Shown: positions 57,529 to 64,000 of the stretch, piece after piece
Numbering within the stretch: position 1 is the first letter of the stretch
Layout of the letters: every line of letters begins with the position of its first letter
DNA from: Octopus vulgaris
Lineage: Eukaryota
Direction: 5' to 3'
DNA: 64,000 bases
Assembly (NCBI GenBank): GCA_951406725.2
Contig: OX597834.1
Location: forward strand, 32,798,001 to 32,862,000
Position numbers and translations under genes: made by a program
The notes under the pieces: generated by a model
What the model was told of the DNA's origin: nothing
The model's input: the letters and a program-made list of their open reading frames with translations, nothing else
The model's database searches: none

Positions 57529-57929
57529 AGGACAGCTATATATTATTCAGAACGTATGAAACAAGAACTTACTAAAAATCTATAAATAAACACGGACGTT
57601 TAGGAGAAATTTATGAAAATACTTCGGACAGGCAAAGGATTAATGAATTTAATAATTTTTACTGCATCTTGCAACACTGCATTCAGATCTGCAGGAACTT
57701 TTTAAAGACATAAACGCCTCTCGGTGGATCATATAATGAGTGAAGGTGACAGGATTTTGGCTTTACAGATTTGATTTTAATTTGAAATCCAGTTTTCTCC
57801 GTGAAATAACTGTCGTAACAATGTGCTTTCAGGTTGAGTCCCACTGCGCGGTACTTTGTGCAAGTGCCTTCTATTTATAGCCCCAGGCTGAGTGAATTTG
57901 GCTGACGGAAACTGCGTGGAAACCCGTCG

Positions 57930-58033
<104 letters not shown>

Positions 58034-58055
58034 TGTATGTATGTATGTATGTATG

Positions 58056-58091
<36 letters not shown>

Positions 58092-58117
58092 CATAGATAT
58101 GTACATATGTGTGCATG

Positions 58118-58149
<32 letters not shown>

Positions 58150-59155
58150 TGTATGTATGTATGTATGTATGTATGTATGTATGTATGTATGTATGTATGT
58201 ATGTATGTATGTATGTATGTGTTTGTGCTTGTGTTTATTGGTAACGGCTTGTTTATCATCTTGTAATCTAAGGATTCAGCAAAAGAGACCGCTAGAATAA
58301 CCGCGAAACTTTAAAAAGAAATAGTGTGTGTGGCGGTGTGGCGGTGAGAGAGGCGACTTGTTGTACTAAACCTTTCAAAGCGGTGCTCCAGCATGACCAC
58401 AATCCTATGCCAGAACCAAATAAAAGATAAAAGAGAAGAAGACTTATTTCACTTCTTGCAGGAAGTTCCTCGCCATATTGGTTACCATTAATTTCTGAAA
58501 TACGAAAAGCAACAAAATTATTTGAATGAGTAAATTTCCTTAATTCACAAACTTCAATTTTTTTCGGTAATTCTGCGAACAATTTCTGTCATTTTAATCG
58601 TTGCTGTTAACACAAATTCTTCGCCGATGCTGGGTGGATTTTTTCTTTTTTTAAATTTTCTAACTGTTGCATTTAAATAACCAATATCAAAGGACGTCCT
58701 TAAGTATTTCACTGTGTCGATTCTATGAATAGGTTTCTCAGAAGATTGCTTCTGTTTACTGAAATATTCCAATAGCCTTTCAAAATGAATAAATACAACC
58801 CAAAAAAGACCTCTATAGGCTTACTGCTCGTATAGGAGGAATGTCTTGAATCAAAACGTGTCTTTTTCCTTTTTTGCTTTATTAGCTTCATACTCTCGGC
58901 CGTCAAACAATCGTTACAAATTAAGCAGACAGACATTTCTTAGTTATTTTTCAAAGCAAAAGTAAATCCATATTGGAAATAATAACATTCATTACACATT
59001 TCCTCTTTTCTTTACGTTTTTGCTTTGTTTTTTTTTGTTGTTGCTTTTTTTTGCTTTTTTCCTGCGAAATTTTGTCTAAATCTAAATTTGGTTGTTTTGC
59101 TTGTTTCTGTGTGAGTTTAATGGTACTCCTTTAAAGTCGGTGGCACTTCAGTTTA

Positions 59156-59167
59156 TATCATCAACAC

Positions 59168-59257
<90 letters not shown>

Positions 59258-59322
59258 TATCATCGTCATCATCATCATCATCATCATCGTCATCATCGTC
59301 GTCATCATCATCATCATCATCG

Positions 59323-59404
<82 letters not shown>

Positions 59405-59466
59405 TATCATCGTCATCATCATCATCATCATCATCGTCATCATCGTCGTCATCATCATCATCATCG

Positions 59467-59511
<45 letters not shown>

Positions 59512-59625
59512 CCATCACCATCATCACCATCATCTTTATCATCGTCATCATCATCACCGTCATTATCATCAACACCATTATCACCGCCACCGCCGCTGCC
59601 AATACCATCATCATCGTCGTCGTCG

Positions 59626-59658
<33 letters not shown>

Positions 59659-59870
59659 CCACCACTACCGCCGCCGCCACCACCGCCACCGCCGCCACCA
59701 CCACCACCACCACCACCACCACCACCACCACCACCACCATTACCACCATTATTACCACCATCACTGCTGCTATTATCATCATCATCATCATTATCATCAT
59801 CGACGTCGTCGTTGTCGTCGTCATCATTATCACCCTATCCCTGTCGTCATCATCATCATCATCATCACTA
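59156..59870. repeat. (TCA/TCG/CCA)n compound trinucleotide tract
   Basis: Seen directly. Confidence 0.95.
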
Positions 59871-60251
59871 CGAACCCCAGCTAACGCCAACACAACTGCC
59901 GCCGCCGCCGCCGCAGATATTAAACTGCAAATCAAAAATTACACTTGTATTAAAAATTGAGCAGAATGATGGTAAATTTCGTAGTAAAAAAATCAAAAAT
60001 AAAATCGTATGTTTTCGTTTTCTGTAATGCTTTAGGAGTGGCGGAGTTGCGGGCGGATGGAGCCACGTCCACGTAGAATGAGATTTAAAATGCGAAACCT
60101 TTCATTTTCATTTTCATATTTATCGACACGGTCTTCAGTAAATTTTAAGATTGTGGATTTCTTTTTGAATGTATAACTGCAAAAGTATTCATACACACAT
60201 ACATGCATGCATAGATACATACATACATACATACATACATACATACATACA

Positions 60252-60287
<36 letters not shown>

Positions 60288-60426
60288 TATGTATATATAA
60301 GTGCAAACAAGAGAGACAGAGAAAGGCAGACACAAGGAAAATGCCACTTATATTTGAACACTATACAAATATTCCTTTAAAAAAACTTTTCTTTTAATTT
60401 TTCTAAATTTAATTATTTAATCGTTA

Positions 60427-60464
60427 CAGTTGAAAAGGTCTCAAAATGACCGAAACCGGTACTG
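60427..60464 (+). ncRNA. Minimal hammerhead motif with U3-A8 core variant
   Basis: CAG-UUGAAAA-GGUC-UCAAAAU-GACC-GAA-ACCGGU-A-CUG. Confidence 0.72.
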
Positions 60465-60510
60465 AAATGTTCTTTATAAAATTATTTTAGCATTTTCTAT
60501 CTTGACTTGT

Positions 60511-60586
<76 letters not shown>

Positions 60587-60767
60587 CAAAGTGGAGTTGT
60601 AGGGTACCGCACGAGTGGAATTAAATACGAAAGGTTTGAAAATGCAATTTTTAAAAATTGCATTTTCAAACCTTCTTTCGTATATATATATATATATTTC
60701 AAAATGTAACCGGGTGTATCGTTGGTGATTTACTTCCTCCGTCTTCCCTTCCTTTGGACTCTACTCC

Positions 60768-60802
60768 ATTTCTGACGAAGAGCAAAGCTCGAAACGTTAA
60801 AT
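60768..60802 (+). ncRNA. Minimal type I hammerhead motif with intact core
   Basis: AUUU-CUGACGA-A-GAGC-AAA-GCUC-GAA-ACGU-U-AAAU. Confidence 0.75.
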
Positions 60803-60944
60803 CCCCTTTCCTTCCTTTCCTGAGCGTCTGATAATACATTACATAATTAATTAAAAGACTTTTCCAGGTGATGCTATTGAGTTAGTTATGGCTGGGCCGA
60901 TAATGGCCGAAACCAATCTAAGTTATCTCAGTTATATATATATG

Positions 60945-60991
<47 letters not shown>

Positions 60992-61246
60992 ATATATATA
61001 TATCTATATATATATATGCATGTATATGTGTATGCATGTCTATACAGTCCAACCGCTTGGCACCTTGGACAAGTGTCTTCTACTATAGCCTCGGGCCGAC
61101 CAGAGCCTTGTGAGTAGATTTGGTAGACGGAAACTGAAAGAAGCCCATCGTATATATATATATATATATATACGCTCTTTCTTTCTCACTCTTTTCTCTC
61201 CTCCTCCTCTCTCTACACGTATATCATACGTGTGTATCTCTATGTA

Positions 61247-61287
<41 letters not shown>

Positions 61288-62506
61288 GTATCTATGGTGT
61301 AGATGTGTGAGAACGTATGTCAGTAAATTTATGACTATACATACATGCATAGGAAAACCATTTTTTCTGTCGAGGGCTTATATGCATACACACACAGACA
61401 CACACACACAGACACTTGTGTGTGCGTGTGTCAGTGTATATATATATATATACACTGACACATATATATATACATTCCTAGATACATACTTACATACACA
61501 CACACACACATATATATATCTACCCGCGCGCGCATATAGTGCCTTCTGTGTGTACGTCCATTCTTATACACCTCTCCCTACACACGTGTCATATACACCC
61601 GTCCAACCTCCCAGTCACCCGAGAGGCCATAAATATGACCGCGTGAGCAACAACTCCATCCTCCACCCGCGACACCCCATCACCATAAACCTACCCTTAT
61701 TTGTTTCACTTCCTCTATACCTCTACCTCCAACACACACACACACACATACGCACACACACGTACACATACATGCACACACACACGTATAGATATATATT
61801 CATGCATGTATACCCATATTATACCCATATTATACCCGCCCTATCTCGCGCACATCCGCCTCATAAAAATATGTCTACCTTTGTCACTGCACGTGATGTA
61901 TGTGCTATACTAGATTGTGTGTGTGTGTGTGTGTGTGTGAGCGCGATTATGTGTGTGCGTATCTGATTAGGTATTTTGGACGAGATAGACATACACACGT
62001 GCGAACGCAGACAATCGCCCATACACACACACACACACGCACGCATACACACACACACAAACGCACATACACACACACACAAACACACACACAAACACAC
62101 ACACACATACACCCATACTAAAATGCAGATATATGCATACAAATAATTATATACATTTGTGTGTATGTATGCATGCATGTATACATATCTCCTGGCATAT
62201 ACATACATACATAAATACATACATGTAAACATACATACATACATAAGTACATACATACATACATACATACATACAAACATACATGCATACATACATACAA
62301 ACATACATACATACATACATACAAACATACATACATACAAACATACATACAAACATACATACATGCATATATACATGCATACATGCATAAATACATGCAT
62401 ACATACATACATACATACATACAAACATACATACATACATACAAACATACATACATACATACATACATACATACATACATACATACATACATACATACAT
62501 GCATGC

Positions 62507-62539
<33 letters not shown>

Positions 62540-62838
62540 TACATATATATATATATGTGTGTTTGTATGTGTGTATGTGAGTGTGTATAAAACACACACA
62601 CATACACATACATTTGAATATATACGTATATGCCTTTATATGATTATATATATATGTGTGCGTCGTTGTCGTGTGTAAGTGTGCGGACGTGTGAGTCCGC
62701 TTTGTGTCTCGACGGGGTTTGTTTAATAAACATCCAGAAACTCCTTCGACTACATTTAATACCAATAAACTGCAGAGATAGAATTTGACAAGCTCTACGC
62801 AGCTACCGTCGTTGCCGGATGGAAATGTGTAGAGCTGC

Positions 62839-62899
<61 letters not shown>

Positions 62900-62927
62900 A
62901 GCACGTGCGTGTGTATATACATATTTC

Positions 62928-63028
<101 letters not shown>

Positions 63029-63144
63029 GGCCTTCAAGCTGCTGTGGTGTTACTTTTCATTCTTATCTGTTAGGTTTCGTTTTTTGGTGTCGTAGTAGAA
63101 TGCTCTCCATCTTATTCTGATTATAACGGCATACACAATACATG

Positions 63145-63289
<145 letters not shown>

Positions 63290-63290
63290 G

Positions 63291-63356
<66 letters not shown>

Positions 63357-63359
<3 letters not shown>

Positions 63360-63567
63360 CGGGAGGCTTTATGAAAATAAACAAAAGACGAAGGCAGGTG
63401 GAAAACAAACGAACAATTGTATTAGTATGGCGCTCAGGAAATATAAATAAAACAAGTCTTTAACGTTTCGAGCCTACGCTCTTCAACAGAAAGATACACA
63501 GAGAGAGAAAAACACAGAAAGAAGGAGAAAAAAAATGCGTGCAGTAGCTAACGAATCAACATGGCGA
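63357..63567 (-). mobile_element. ~210 bp non-autonomous element in (TA)n with hammerhead-like motif at 63458-63493
   Basis: Close copy of 43593-43803. Confidence 0.8.
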
Positions 63568-63649
63568 TATATATATATATATACATATGTATGTATGTAT
63601 GTTTGTATAACAGACAAATAATGGGCTTTATATATTTACCGGTGCATTA

Positions 63650-63765
63650 TAGACTTACACTTGTTTCAGACATCAGTTTTGGGTGCGTTAAAGGATTAGT
63701 TTAGTCAATCGATAGATTGAAAATTTAGTGAATAACCGTTGCAATACTCTCTTCGTTAGAGTCTA
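63650..63765 (-). ncRNA. Degenerate hammerhead-like motif (G5A) with long stem II region
   Basis: UAGACU-CUAACGA-AGA...UCU-GAA-ACAAGUGU-A-AGUCUA; perfect 6 bp stem I. Confidence 0.5.
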
Positions 63766-64000
63766 CCAAATCAACTACCAAAGGAAAGGAAAAGAAAGAA
63801 GAGGAGAAAAGGAAAGAAGAGGCGCCAAAGAGAAAGGAAGTTGGCATGTGTGGCTACGTGGTAAGAAGCTTGCTTCCCAACCTCAAGGTTCCAGTTTCAG
63901 TCCCCTGTGGGGCTCCTTGAGTAAGTGTCTTCTACTATAACCTCGGGCCGACCAAATCGTTGCGAGCGGATTTGGTATGCGGAAACTGAGAAAAAGCCCA

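Overview
Repeat-dominated animal DNA with no recognisable intact host protein-coding gene. Almost all ORF-track entries are microsatellite read-through. The tRNA-derived SINE families and extreme (TA)n/(CA)n/(TATG)n/(GAT)n density fit a coleoid cephalopod such as Octopus (inference). Decayed transposons include an RTE-clade LINE, two R4/Dong-like restriction-endonuclease LINE fragments, a LINE ORF1 with a zinc knuckle, two hAT/Buster relics, a maT-like and a Tc1 element, hAT MITEs and non-autonomous Helitrons. Three SINE families are abundant. The most interesting signal is about 14 minimal hammerhead-ribozyme motifs of the Penelope-associated type, in short non-coding elements mostly beside (TA)n tracts. 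Across families they show palindromic stem III, stem covariation and three versions of the 3-8 core pair (C-G, U-A, G-C). One family sits in a ~940 bp Y-shaped fold-back element. Structures were read by eye; ribozyme activity is untested and many boundaries are approximate.
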